DNA of 28,423 nucleotides from a virus (Duplodnaviria; Heunggongvirae; Uroviricota; Caudoviricetes): IMG/VR virus record IMGVR_UViG_2537562173_000011, positions 1 to 28,423 of that record; one strand, 5' to 3'. Shown piece by piece: positions 8,789 to 18,438 of this stretch (position 1 is its first letter; each line of letters starts with the position of its first letter). The notes under the pieces were generated by a model. It saw only the letters and a program-made list of their open reading frames with translations, ran no database searches and was not told where the DNA came from. The position numbers and the translations under genes were made by a program.

Positions 8789-8977
8789 GTGAAGAAAAAA
8801 TTTTTAAACGTTGCAAAGTGCGCAATTTTTATATTTTTTATGACCTTTTACGGATTTAGTGCCGGAGAAGGTTTCGATCGTGATGCCAATGCATTCAGTT
8901 TCTTTTGTCTGTCTATAGTGGTCATAATTGTATGGGTGGAATTAAAGCAAACATTGTTTCATGTGCTAGGGAAATAA
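8789..8977 (+). CDS. Small hydrophobic protein (62 aa, two predicted TM segments)
   Basis: GTG start 5 nt after a perfect AAGGAGG; two hydrophobic stretches (CAIFIFFMTFYGF and FSFFCLSIVVIIVWV). Lies where P22 carries sieA. Confidence 0.4.
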   Translation: MKKKFLNVAKCAIFIFFMTFYGFSAGEGFDRDANAFSFFCLSIVVIIVWVELKQTLFHVLGK

Positions 8978-8994
8978 CCATCCATGGCATTTAG

Positions 8995-10836
8995 TCACTG
9001 CTGTGTTGCCTCAGTGGCAAGCAGCGGTCTGATGGCATTTGCAGCGTTACTTAATGCTCTTTCATAGGCTGGCGTTCCAGCTTTAGTGTTTGCCAGACGT
9101 AAGAGCGCATTCCTTGCTGCTTTGGACTCATACAAGCGCATCATTGCACCGAAACCAGCCTCAAGCCCCATTGATACGCCAAGAGTCGCAGTTGCGCCAA
9201 TCGTCCTTATCCTGTTGGCTTGCGATTGCCCCGTCTGAGTTACTACATTTGCGGTGTCTGACCTTGCTGTTTGCTGTAGAACTTCATTAAGAGCATCAAG
9301 TTCTTTCATGTGCTTTCCAGAAAAAATAGTGTTGTAAATTTCACCTCCTGACTGAGATTTCAGCTTATTAACTTCAGTGATGAACTTGGCTGGAGAGTCA
9401 CCGGCCTTTTCCGCTATTTTGCTGACGTAAGCTGCACGCATAGCATCTTTCCCTTTATCATCCAGTGCGCTCCAGATTCGTTTCACGTCAGATGGTTTTC
9501 TGCTTAATACAACGGTATTTATAAGTTCAGGACTGGCTTCACTGCTTGCCTTGTTGAGCTTGTTGGCAATGTTTTTATTAAGCACCTTATTATAAACGTT
9601 TGCATAATCGGAATTTGCTTTAAGGTATTTTGCTGCGTCTGATGCACCGAGGTTTTTAGCAACTGCGTTACGAAGGTCTTTTGACATTGCATTCTCTACC
9701 ATATTGGTAGCTGCTTTTGCCTGGTTGGGGAAGACCATAGCATCTCCCTGAACATTAGATCTAAATGCTGTTCTGTGCTGACGCAAGAGATCAAACGTAA
9801 CATCCAAATCAGTTGCAGGGTTTGCTAATTCTTCACGTAGGTTACGCAAGGATGTAAGCAGGCTTTGATTGGCTGAAGTCCCAAGCCGTTCCTGTCTTGC
9901 GATCGCTGTATTCAGAGCATTCATGGTATTTGTGGTATCAACTGCGGCATTACCCATTTTATTGGTGACGTCATTGATAACAGCGCCAGCAGCATCCTTC
10001 CGCCCCCTTAACGTGGTGGTCAGAGATTTCACCACATCATCAGGGTTGTACTCACCAAAACGGTCAAAATAATTGCTTACCAGCTTACTACGCGTTGCAT
10101 ATTGCTCCGCTCGCTTTGAGCCTGTCCCGAGCAAAGCCCCCTCGGCATCCTGAGTAAGGCCGCGAGTGAAAGCATTTTTCGGCGGGATAACATCAGATGT
10201 CATTGGTGTCACGCCCATCGATTCTGATGTGGCAATTTTCTTCACCACTTCTGGCGCAATATCACCTTTTATAGCCGTTATTCCACGCCCTATTCCCTTT
10301 GCTGCTGCGGAAAGAACACCCTGAGCGGCAAGGTTAACTCCGGCATTTTTAGCTGCATTTTGTGCGAAATCGCCTTTCTGATTTGCGGCCTCTGCCAGTG
10401 AGCCAATAGCCATGCTTCCTGCCGTTCCAACTCCTGGAACTAAATACCCACCAATTGTTTCACCGGCTTGTGCGTATGGGTCTGTCGGTTTGTCTACTGG
10501 ACGATAAACATCATCCAAAACTTTTGGCCCACCAAGCCCCTGACTGATTGCATTAATCAGACTTGCGCCACCCTGCAATACGTCAAATGGTATGTTTACC
10601 AGACCACGACCAGCCTGTTCTGCAATTTGCCCTGCACTTTGACCACCAGTGAGCCAATCGCCAGCTTGTTGCATCAATGATGGTTCGTCCCGTGTTGGTG
10701 CATTATTGGCCTGATTAACTGTTTGTTGCTGAACAGCCTGACCAGCAAAATACTCATCAATGGCGGTGCCAATATCTTCGGTGCTCGTACCATCAGGAAA
10801 GGTAAATGTCTTACCGTTTGCAGTTACTTTCATCAT
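8995..10836 (-). CDS. Ejection (injection) protein, P22 gp16 homolog
   Basis: 613 aa; N-terminus [33 protein letters not shown] matches the P22 gene 16 product; position after gp20. Confidence 0.8.
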   Translation of the reverse strand: MMKVTANGKTFTFPDGTSTEDIGTAIDEYFAGQAVQQQTVNQANNAPTRDEPSLMQQAGDWLTGGQSAGQIAEQAGRGLVNIPFDVLQGGASLINAISQGLGGPKVLDDVYRPVDKPTDPYAQAGETIGGYLVPGVGTAGSMAIGSLAEAANQKGDFAQNAAKNAGVNLAAQGVLSAAAKGIGRGITAIKGDIAPEVVKKIATSESMGVTPMTSDVIPPKNAFTRGLTQDAEGALLGTGSKRAEQYATRSKLVSNYFDRFGEYNPDDVVKSLTTTLRGRKDAAGAVINDVTNKMGNAAVDTTNTMNALNTAIARQERLGTSANQSLLTSLRNLREELANPATDLDVTFDLLRQHRTAFRSNVQGDAMVFPNQAKAATNMVENAMSKDLRNAVAKNLGASDAAKYLKANSDYANVYNKVLNKNIANKLNKASSEASPELINTVVLSRKPSDVKRIWSALDDKGKDAMRAAYVSKIAEKAGDSPAKFITEVNKLKSQSGGEIYNTIFSGKHMKELDALNEVLQQTARSDTANVVTQTGQSQANRIRTIGATATLGVSMGLEAGFGAMMRLYESKAARNALLRLANTKAGTPAYERALSNAANAIRPLLATEATQQ

Positions 10837-12239
10837 TCCACCGTAAATTGAATGCCTGATTTTGAGGTATATGATCCAACCTGATTCCGTGGTTCTCCTG
10901 AAGGTGTCGAATCTTGTGCTGGCGCTGCGTCAGTATTCATTGACATATACCGCTTAACGGCACTCCCCAATGATTCACCTTTTTTAACATCCAACCCCAA
11001 TATCTGACCGCCATTACGCGATTGTCCAGGGTTGCCATTCGCGCTCATCCACTCGGCTTTAAACTCATTAAACTGCGCGTTTCGTCGCTCAAGGTTTGCC
11101 ATTGCATCAAGCCATCTTGCGACCGTCTCAGGGTTATCCATGTCAGTTGGCGCACCCTGTCGAACGATCTCAACGTCTTTATCCGTTGCTGGGCCGGGAG
11201 GTAGGAATTTAAGAACCTGACTGTTAACAAGGGCATTTTGGCGAATGCGCAAATCACGCAATGTTGTATCGCTTCCGGTAAGTTTTGCGAACATGTTCTG
11301 TGCGTTACCGAACAAACCTGTCGTTGGTTTTTCTGCTCTGAACTGTTGAGCAAGCGCACTCATAGAATTGGCTGAGTTTGATGATGCTGTAGCATTGTTT
11401 ACAGCCGTCTCGATGCCTTTTTCCATGTTTACTGACAGCTTAGGTGCTTCGCTAATCAACTGCTGAGCCTTTTCCTGCGCTTGCTGCATCTTAAACCCGA
11501 ACTCTTGCTGATCCAGAGCCAAGCGTTGTGCTGCGATATTGTGTCCAGTCATTGCTGACTGATAGGAAAGGTTTTGCCCTCTCGCCTGAAGTGCTTCTCC
11601 AGCCTGATTGCTGCGGATTGTCTCTGCCAGCCTGCCTCGGTCAATTTCACGACCAGCCATCTTGTCCTGAACATTGAAGTAGTCAATCGGACCAATTGCA
11701 GCCATTCCAAGGTGATCGACAAATTCGCCGAACTGCCGCGGGTTCTGTTGGTACATCTGAGCGACGTCCTGAGGATTAACGCCAACACGAGCTAACTCAC
11801 CGGCGTTGTTTTGCAGCCATGATTGCATTGCTTCTGGAGACGATGACGCAAGGCGTGCGCCAGCCGCTAAGGTGCCGATAGAATTACGCTGATCTTCATC
11901 AATGAATCCCATGCCTTTACGAACGGATTCAATCTGGTCTGGATATTGAGTAGCCAACTGACGCAAAGCACTGCGATCACCAGACGCATAAGCATTAGCG
12001 TACGCCTGCTGAAATTCTTTCTGCCGCTGAGCCTGCTTTTCCTGCTGAAACACCCCTGCAATACCTGAAAGGCCTTGCAAAGCAGTCAGCCCAACATTGT
12101 TAGCGCCTGAACGCTCAATATCATTGTTCTGCCTGATAAGCTGAAGCGTATTGCCGATGTCATTTACGCTCGGAGCGTTTGAGTTGACGCCGCCGATACC
12201 AGCCAACAATCCGCCGTTTGTTCCTTGCCAAGTAGCCAT
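10833..12239 (-). CDS. Ejection protein, P22 gp20 homolog
   Basis: 468 aa; [17 protein letters not shown]... N-terminus; start overlaps gp7 region, stop overlaps gp16 start; P22 order 7-20-16. Confidence 0.8.
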   Translation of the reverse strand: MATWQGTNGGLLAGIGGVNSNAPSVNDIGNTLQLIRQNNDIERSGANNVGLTALQGLSGIAGVFQQEKQAQRQKEFQQAYANAYASGDRSALRQLATQYPDQIESVRKGMGFIDEDQRNSIGTLAAGARLASSSPEAMQSWLQNNAGELARVGVNPQDVAQMYQQNPRQFGEFVDHLGMAAIGPIDYFNVQDKMAGREIDRGRLAETIRSNQAGEALQARGQNLSYQSAMTGHNIAAQRLALDQQEFGFKMQQAQEKAQQLISEAPKLSVNMEKGIETAVNNATASSNSANSMSALAQQFRAEKPTTGLFGNAQNMFAKLTGSDTTLRDLRIRQNALVNSQVLKFLPPGPATDKDVEIVRQGAPTDMDNPETVARWLDAMANLERRNAQFNEFKAEWMSANGNPGQSRNGGQILGLDVKKGESLGSAVKRYMSMNTDAAPAQDSTPSGEPRNQVGSYTSKSGIQFTVE

Positions 12240-12248
12240 GATTACCCC

Positions 12249-12941
12249 TTAAAACAACGAGCCAAGCAATCCGATACCAGCACCAATGCCAGCGCCCCAA
12301 GGCGTTGATGTTCCCAAAAGGCTGGCAAGACCTGCACCGGCAATCGCACCAGACGTGCCACCGCTAATTGCTGTCTGAAGACTTGATGGTTTGTTGGCAT
12401 TAGCAGCGGCAAGAGCTGCGCTTTGCTGTGCAATGCTGCTCATGTTGTTGGCGTACGTCTGCCCGGCGTTTGCCTGACCTTGCAGCGCACCAAGCCCAAC
12501 GTTTGCCAGATTGTTGTAATTGCTCATCTGGTTTGATAACCAAGACTGACCGAGTGTCGGCGCGATCGTAGCCAGTTGATTGCTTGTGGCTGTCGAACCA
12601 AGTCCACCCGTCGCCTCCGCAGCAGCAAGACTCTGGTAACGCGCCTGACCTGCAAGGTCTTTATACTGCTGAGAGTTGTAATACTGATTAAGTGCCTGCC
12701 CCTGACCTTCTAAACTGGAAAGATTCTGCAACTGGTTAACATACTGCTCCGCAAGAGGCGTGAACGGAGCAAGGTTTTTCATGATCGTCTGCCACTGCTG
12801 ATTTTGCAGGTCTGCTGCATACTTCTGAGCTTCTGCGGCATACTTTGCGCTTTTATCAGAACTTCCACCTTTCCCACCCTTTTCAGGGCAATAAGGTTCC
12901 TCGCCGCGCAGTTTTCTGCCCAGCTTAAATGCATATAACAT
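12249..12941 (-). CDS. Ejection protein, P22 gp7 homolog
   Basis: 230 aa; MLYAFKLGRKLRGEEPYCPEKGGKGGSSDKSAKYAAEAQKYAADLQNQQ closely matches P22 gp7 as recalled. Confidence 0.8.
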   Translation of the reverse strand: MLYAFKLGRKLRGEEPYCPEKGGKGGSSDKSAKYAAEAQKYAADLQNQQWQTIMKNLAPFTPLAEQYVNQLQNLSSLEGQGQALNQYYNSQQYKDLAGQARYQSLAAAEATGGLGSTATSNQLATIAPTLGQSWLSNQMSNYNNLANVGLGALQGQANAGQTYANNMSSIAQQSAALAAANANKPSSLQTAISGGTSGAIAGAGLASLLGTSTPWGAGIGAGIGLLGSLF

Positions 12942-12943
12942 GG

Positions 12944-13399
12944 CTATCTCCCGTGATTCAGGAAGTCGATTAGTTCTTCGCGTGTGGCGCTGTAAAACGT
13001 CACGTCATCCACGCCTTTGAAGTATTTCTTGATGGTTCCTACACGCTTAAGGCCAATCATTGCGCAGTACATCTGCCCGTGGCGGAATTTGCGTGCAGCA
13101 AATGATGTGACGCACTGAACGGTGGTGTTGGTCAGAATGTATCGCCAGAACGCCAGCCCTATTTCCTTGCTGAAGCCGCGAATCTCTGGCAGGTACATGG
13201 CGTGGCAATCGAATGTAAGCGGCTGAATCTCCTGATAGTAAACAATGCCGCCAAACTGACCGTGCACGTTCACCTCAAAGTAACGGCAATCAGGTTTGTA
13301 GTCGTATCCATCACCGTTGTTGCTCCCGGCGATGATGTCAGGGTGATTTCCTACTGCTTCGATCAGGTCGATGTTTCGCGTTGGTTTGAATGTAATCAT
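12944..13399 (-). CDS. P22 gp14-like protein
   Basis: 151 aa between gp26 and gp7, the position of P22 gene 14; start ATG overlaps the gp26 stop. Confidence 0.65.
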   Translation of the reverse strand: MITFKPTRNIDLIEAVGNHPDIIAGSNNGDGYDYKPDCRYFEVNVHGQFGGIVYYQEIQPLTFDCHAMYLPEIRGFSKEIGLAFWRYILTNTTVQCVTSFAARKFRHGQMYCAMIGLKRVGTIKKYFKGVDDVTFYSATREELIDFLNHGR

Positions 13400-14100
13400 C
13401 AGTCAATCAGCCCATGTAATCTAAGTGCTGTTTCAAGCGCCAGAATACGCTGCCGCGCCTGCTCCAAACCTGTAGCGAGAGCTGCGACTTCGGATTGTGT
13501 GTACGTAGTGCCGACCGTGTATGACTGGTTAGCGTTGAATGAGCCAAGAAGAGGTGTACCTGTGGCTGCAGTCCATCCGGTATTTCTTGCTCCAACAACC
13601 TGAATTCCATCAACTGAATATGATGTTTTTACATCCAGCGGTGACGCAAGAGACTGCGATTCTGTTACGGTTTTCGATACGTAATCACTCTTAATGCCAG
13701 AGACATCGTTTTCTACGTCATCCAGTCTTTGGTCAACAGTGACCAGATGCGCCTGAATATCGATAACCTCATCCAGCAAGTAATCAACATCGCTACGCAG
13801 TACGACTATCTTCCCTTCGGCGGTTGTTAACCTGATCTCAAGGAGATTTATCGCTTTTGTGTTTGCGGCGATTCTTGAATTGTGATCTGCCAGTTCGGCG
13901 TCCTGTTCATCGTTTTTCACCTGAGCATCGTAAGCGCCCTGACCAGCCTGATTTGCCTTCCCGGCAATTGCGCCAACATCAGCCCCCTGATTAATGACAT
14001 ACAGCAGGTAAGACTGGCTGAATATATTGCGTGGAAGGATTGATGTATCGAGTCGTGTAGCCTGAATTGTTACCGGCACATTGAGATTCGAATCCGCCAT
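13399..14100 (-). CDS. Tail needle, P22 gp26 homolog
   Basis: 233 aa from ATG 14100 ([39 protein letters not shown]...), trimeric coiled-coil character. The track's longer ORF extends upstream into gp10. Confidence 0.8.
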   Translation of the reverse strand: MADSNLNVPVTIQATRLDTSILPRNIFSQSYLLYVINQGADVGAIAGKANQAGQGAYDAQVKNDEQDAELADHNSRIAANTKAINLLEIRLTTAEGKIVVLRSDVDYLLDEVIDIQAHLVTVDQRLDDVENDVSGIKSDYVSKTVTESQSLASPLDVKTSYSVDGIQVVGARNTGWTAATGTPLLGSFNANQSYTVGTTYTQSEVAALATGLEQARQRILALETALRLHGLID

Positions 14101-15501
14101 TACTCGATCCTTATCTGGCAGCCAGACAGAGTGACAGGTGACTTCGTGATAACGCGCAATTTGAAGCCGACATTTTTCCTGATGCGCCCTACTCGCTTCC
14201 ACAGAACACGCTTGTCGTAAACGAACGGTTCATTCTGCTCAATCATCTGCTCACGTCCGTAATTGATTCCGTCAGTGGTTGCAGAGAGGAACAGGCGGTC
14301 AGCGTACTGCGCAACGCCAGTTGAAGATTCAACTTCAAGGTCGAAAACTCTGGCGTTATCCGCTTTGAAGAGGGGAGTAAACAGCAGGTGTTCCTGTTGC
14401 TTGTCGTACTGGCTGCTGATATCGAACTGCAATTTGCCGGTCACCGATTCCAGCTTATCGCCGCAAGTTATCTGATTGCCTTCGTAAATGAAGTCGATAG
14501 CGCGGTACACATCGTCATACAGGCCTGTTTTCAACACACACCATTGCGGACCATTGGCGCTTGAAGATGCGTCGTACACGAGGACGTGACGCGTAAGATG
14601 GATAATCAGCAGTTCATGCGCATCAAATCGCAGCGATTCCATCACACCATCAGCCAGTTCATCAGCAGTGTAGGAGCGTAGTATTTTCTCAATGCTCGCG
14701 CTGGCGATTGGTGATACCTGACCAGAGCCGATGATATACACAGACGGCGCACCTGTTGCCGGATTGCTGATGAACGCATACGAATCAGCAAACGGCGTTT
14801 TGCAGTAAGTCCCGGCGATACCTTTTTGCACCATCAGTGATGGCTGTGCGACATACAAAGCAGCACCAACTGTGGTTGCGCCAGTCAGGGAGAAATATTC
14901 AATAGTCGATGTACCAAAGCAGACGATGAAGTCTCGCCATGTTCCGATTCCGATGATGCCGTCAGGCTGTGATTCTGCGCGATATTGTGCGCTGTATCGG
15001 TCAGGATGCGATTCGTCTTCAAGGTCAGTGATAAACCATGAATCAGTACCGTCTTTTGACCACGCATAACGCCCACGTAAGCGCGTAATGTCGCGAACTG
15101 AACCTAACTCATACTGCGTGAATCCACTGTCTGTAGGCCAGTTTGAGACGGTTTTAACCGTGCCATCATAACGATACTCGACCAGTTGACCATTAACGCC
15201 TACAGCCTGTGATGTTCGACCATGCGCCATTGATACGCGACCACTTCCGGCGACGTCACCGACTTCGCTTTCTCCTTTAATGGGTAGACTCCATTACTGA
15301 GGCGTGGGCGATGGACAAAGATGCGACGAACAGCCATGCGTTGCTGGTAGATTTCTTCCCCGGGAATGAGCGAAGATATCCGCTGCTGTTCAGGATTTCT
15401 TTGGGCGTAGCCAACATATTCACTGGCAGATAGTCGATATAGTCGGCGTTTCGAAAGTCTTTGCCGACACCTTTCATAAGCGGAAGTTGCTGAATCGGCA
15501 T
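14100..15501 (-). pseudogene. P22 gp10 homolog, split into two ORFs (15277..15501 and 14100..15230)
   Basis: The N-terminal 48 aa (MPIQQLPLMKG...SGYLRSFPG) and everything from MAHGRTSQAVGVNGQ onward match gp10 as I recall it, but the ~120 bp between them reads in other frames with a stop at 15277. Confidence 0.6.
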
Positions 15502-15510
15502 TTATTCACC

Positions 15511-15972
15511 TCACGTACTCGGATCATCTTTCTCGATGTAAAACCGATTCCACGTAAACGCGCTTTTGTTACCACTACCGCGAGGCATGTCATTTCGCCG
15601 CTCAAGTGGTGGTATTTTGGTTAAAGCGATACAGATTGTCTGATATGCACTGTCAGCAGCGGTAAGGAGAGCGTCTGACGGCTGAATGACGTTATCCATG
15701 CACACTTGCACAGCGAGTTTCAAAGCGACGCCATCATTTGCCCATGCAGGGATGCCTGAATCATCGTCAGGTAACGGCATGATGCCGTTTTCTGTATCAG
15801 CAAACTGATACCCAAGCTCGATACCTTTCGCCTGCCATGCTGCCATCATGTCTTCGAGGTCATTAATGGCATCTTCAATTGCCTGAGGGTCAGCATCTGT
15901 CAACGTGGCATTGGAATACAGCCCGGCTTTTCGTAAAGCCTTTAGAACGAGATCACCCTTCGTTTTCGCCAT
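15511..15972 (-). CDS. Head completion / tail accessory protein, P22 gp4 homolog
   Basis: 153 aa, MAKTKGDLVLKALRKAGLYSNATLTDADPQAIEDAINDLEDMMAAW resembles P22 gp4; position between coat and gp10. Confidence 0.8.
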   Translation of the reverse strand: MAKTKGDLVLKALRKAGLYSNATLTDADPQAIEDAINDLEDMMAAWQAKGIELGYQFADTENGIMPLPDDDSGIPAWANDGVALKLAVQVCMDNVIQPSDALLTAADSAYQTICIALTKIPPLERRNDMPRGSGNKSAFTWNRFYIEKDDPST

Positions 15973-16141
15973 CTTCTTCCGCCTTAGCCACTTTTTGCTT
16001 CGTTGCGGTTTCTTCAGGAGTTTTTACCCAACCTTTTTTCAGGTGAGATTTAACTTCTTCGTCATCAACAATGATGTAATCGACAGCAAACTGACCGCAG
16101 GTGATCATGTTGCCTGGCTTATAGAGCATTGTTCGTGCCAT
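15953..16141 (-). CDS. Small hypothetical protein between coat and gp4 (about 62 aa from ATG 16141)
   Basis: Open frame with GGAG upstream of ATG 16141; overlaps the gp4 start by about 20 nt; no family recognised. Confidence 0.3.
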   Translation of the reverse strand: MARTMLYKPGNMITCGQFAVDYIIVDDEEVKSHLKKGWVKTPEETATKQKVAKAEEDGENEG

Positions 16142-16152
16142 TGTCTTCTCCC

Positions 16153-16176
16153 AATAAAAATGGGGCCGAAGCCCCA
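16153..16176 (-). terminator. Rho-independent terminator immediately after the coat gene
   Basis: Minus-strand ggggcttcggcccc hairpin followed by AUUUUUAUU, a few bp after the coat stop (16183). Confidence 0.55.
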
Positions 16177-16182
16177 CCAAAA

Positions 16183-17436
16183 TTACTGCCCAGCAATAAC
16201 GATGCCCGTATATTCAGGAACCAGTACAGAGCAACCGTACAGAGTGGTGAAACGCGCAGTGGTTACGCCTTTGATGTGGTCGAAGGAGTAAGACATGATC
16301 AGCGTAGCGCCCTGCTCGGTGGTTGCTGTCATTACCTGTGGACCCTGACCAGTCGGGAACGCCAGTTTGCCGTACATCAGTTCAACAGAACCATCAGCCC
16401 AGAACAGGTTAGCAGGTGCGGCATTTTTGTTGAGAATGGTAATTGCTGCACCATTTGCCGCGTTAGCATCAACGTTTGCATATGGACGGCTGGCGACATC
16501 CGCGTTGTCAGGCGGCAGAATTTTCGGGGAGATAGTTACTGTCGTTCCGCTAACTGCCAGAACGCGGAATACCTGCGGCTGCCCGGTGGTGTCTTTGGTG
16601 ATCTGGTGTACAGAATTCACGCCAGCAATGGTGAACGCATCGCCAACCTGCAAACCAGATGCAGATACCGTAATGGTTCCCTGTCGGTTATCCACTGGCA
16701 TATCGTTGGCATCTTTCGCTTCAACCTTGTGCGCAGGTTCAGCCGCCAGCGTCAGGGAAGTTGCTGTACCCTTCGGAACACGACCAGAAATATCGGTCTT
16801 GTAGCTATCGAAGGACGCAACCGGAGGGATCTGCGCTTTTTCGTATGCTGTCAGGGTTGCGCCCTGAGCATAGGCACGGTGACCAAGCTCGCCAGCAAGG
16901 TCTTTGTAGTTGAAGGGGTTCCAGAAAGAGCGACGGTTGATACCCTGAGGTACACCAATCGCCGTCATGGTGGCATCAATACCTGCCGCACAGTTCCACA
17001 AATCACGGCCCTGTGAACCTGTGGTTGAGTCAGCCATTGTGATCACGTTAGTAGCACGCTGCGTGACCATGGAAATCAGGTCAGAGTCAATCTGTGCAGC
17101 AAGGCGCATACCTGCGGCGCGACCAGCTTCAGTTTTATGTTCCGGGTCACGCATTTCACGCGCATCCAGAGTGTACAGAATGTTTTTCGGCTCCTTGAAC
17201 ACAGAAGGAACAAGGCGCTGAACCAGTGCTGTAGGCGTCTTGCCGCTGAGGTCTAGGCCTTCCTCAATGTTCATGTGGTAATGCTGCGGACGATACAGAA
17301 CATCACCTGCTCGCTGCATTGCTGTATCACCAGGACGGAATTTTTTAGCGTTACGGGAAACTACGCAGGCGGCCTCAAAGCCTTCAACGTAGTTTTCGAA
17401 CATGATTTCAAGGTCTTTTGCTAATTGGTTAGCCAT
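16183..17436 (-). CDS. Major coat (capsid) protein, P22/Sf6 gp5 family
   Basis: 417 aa; position after scaffold; C-terminal region (...FWADGSVEL...) resembles P22 coat (...FWADDAIR...); strong downstream terminator typical of a highly expressed coat gene. Confidence 0.85.
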   Translation of the reverse strand: MANQLAKDLEIMFENYVEGFEAACVVSRNAKKFRPGDTAMQRAGDVLYRPQHYHMNIEEGLDLSGKTPTALVQRLVPSVFKEPKNILYTLDAREMRDPEHKTEAGRAAGMRLAAQIDSDLISMVTQRATNVITMADSTTGSQGRDLWNCAAGIDATMTAIGVPQGINRRSFWNPFNYKDLAGELGHRAYAQGATLTAYEKAQIPPVASFDSYKTDISGRVPKGTATSLTLAAEPAHKVEAKDANDMPVDNRQGTITVSASGLQVGDAFTIAGVNSVHQITKDTTGQPQVFRVLAVSGTTVTISPKILPPDNADVASRPYANVDANAANGAAITILNKNAAPANLFWADGSVELMYGKLAFPTGQGPQVMTATTEQGATLIMSYSFDHIKGVTTARFTTLYGCSVLVPEYTGIVIAGQ

Positions 17437-17454
17437 GCTTAATGCTCCAATAGG

Positions 17455-18348
17455 TTATTTTTTTGCCTTTTTAGCGGCGAAATACGGCGTCCAGTCACCA
17501 GTTTCCAGCGCCTTGGCTTTCAATTTGTCGAGGTTGTTGATTACTGCGCCGTTGCTCCCCTTAACCGTCGGGGTTGTGGCTGCCGTGGTTTTTGCTTTTG
17601 GCATGATTCTGGCCTTCGATTCGATACGTTCCAGCAGACGACCAATTGCTACGGGGTTGGTAGCTTCTGCCAGTTGCTTGCGCAGTTCAGCGTTGCGACC
17701 AAGCGCCAGAACAACGATTTCCGGCTTCTCTGACTCAAACAGGATCGCGTTTTGTGTCTCGATGGGGATTTCCTCGAGTACGGCCTGCTCAGCTTCCTGA
17801 TAGCCAGGAACTTTGAGAGCCTTAACACGTTGCTGATATTTGGATAATCGCTCTTGATAGGCAGCCTGAAGCTCCTGCTCCTTCTGCTTGCGAGCCATCT
17901 CCTGTTGCTGGTACTTGCCATTATCCTCTGCCCACTTAGCCATGCGTTGCTGGTAGATTTCTTCATCGAAACCGATGTCCTCATCATCCAGTTTTGGCAT
18001 TCGCGGTGGTTGAGTGATTACCGGCTGCTGCTCGACGGGTTTATGAGACTGACGCATCAGCTCTTTCAGCTCGCGGTCTTTCTCTTTAATCGTCTTGCGC
18101 AGGTGTTTTACCAGTCCATGCTCAGCGCCATCTTCGCTGGTTGGCGAATCCAGCTTTTCGTCACCAAAGTAGAATTCCTGTTCTGATTCGTCGTCATCAG
18201 TTTCAGTAGCCTCCTCTGCATCATTGCCTGAGGACTCACTGCCATCTTCTGTTTCGACTTTTTCAGCCAGTTCGACATCATCAGGAATCTGCTCTGACGC
18301 GTCGGTTTCGATTTCAACTTCTGGTGTGTTTTCTGCCATCTGGTCCAT
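17455..18348 (-). CDS. Scaffolding protein (gp8 position)
   Basis: 297 aa, acidic N-terminus, charged helical middle, basic C-terminal tail (KKAKK); between portal and coat. Confidence 0.75.
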   Translation of the reverse strand: MDQMAENTPEVEIETDASEQIPDDVELAEKVETEDGSESSGNDAEEATETDDDESEQEFYFGDEKLDSPTSEDGAEHGLVKHLRKTIKEKDRELKELMRQSHKPVEQQPVITQPPRMPKLDDEDIGFDEEIYQQRMAKWAEDNGKYQQQEMARKQKEQELQAAYQERLSKYQQRVKALKVPGYQEAEQAVLEEIPIETQNAILFESEKPEIVVLALGRNAELRKQLAEATNPVAIGRLLERIESKARIMPKAKTTAATTPTVKGSNGAVINNLDKLKAKALETGDWTPYFAAKKAKK

Positions 18349-18438
18349 TTGTTACCCCTGTTTACTCGATGTTCAGCCCATCGGAAGGCAATAGGGTGCC
18401 AGGCCTCATAAAGACAGCCATTGCACGTTATGGGTTAA

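Noticed and set aside
12242-12433. Minus-strand ORF 12242..12433 overlapping the gp7 3' end
   Set aside because: Out-of-frame overlap with the well-supported gp7 CDS and no RBS; spurious.
16129-17016. Long plus-strand ORFs (295 aa and 145 aa) across the coat gene
   Set aside because: Antisense to the coat CDS, Cys/Arg-rich composition typical of reverse-strand artefacts in GC-rich coding sequence.
17649-18317. Alternative-frame ORFs within the scaffolding gene (17649..17987, 17854..18186, 18108..18317)
   Set aside because: Overlap the scaffold CDS in other frames or antisense; Ser/Arg- or Leu-rich low-complexity translations; no independent support.
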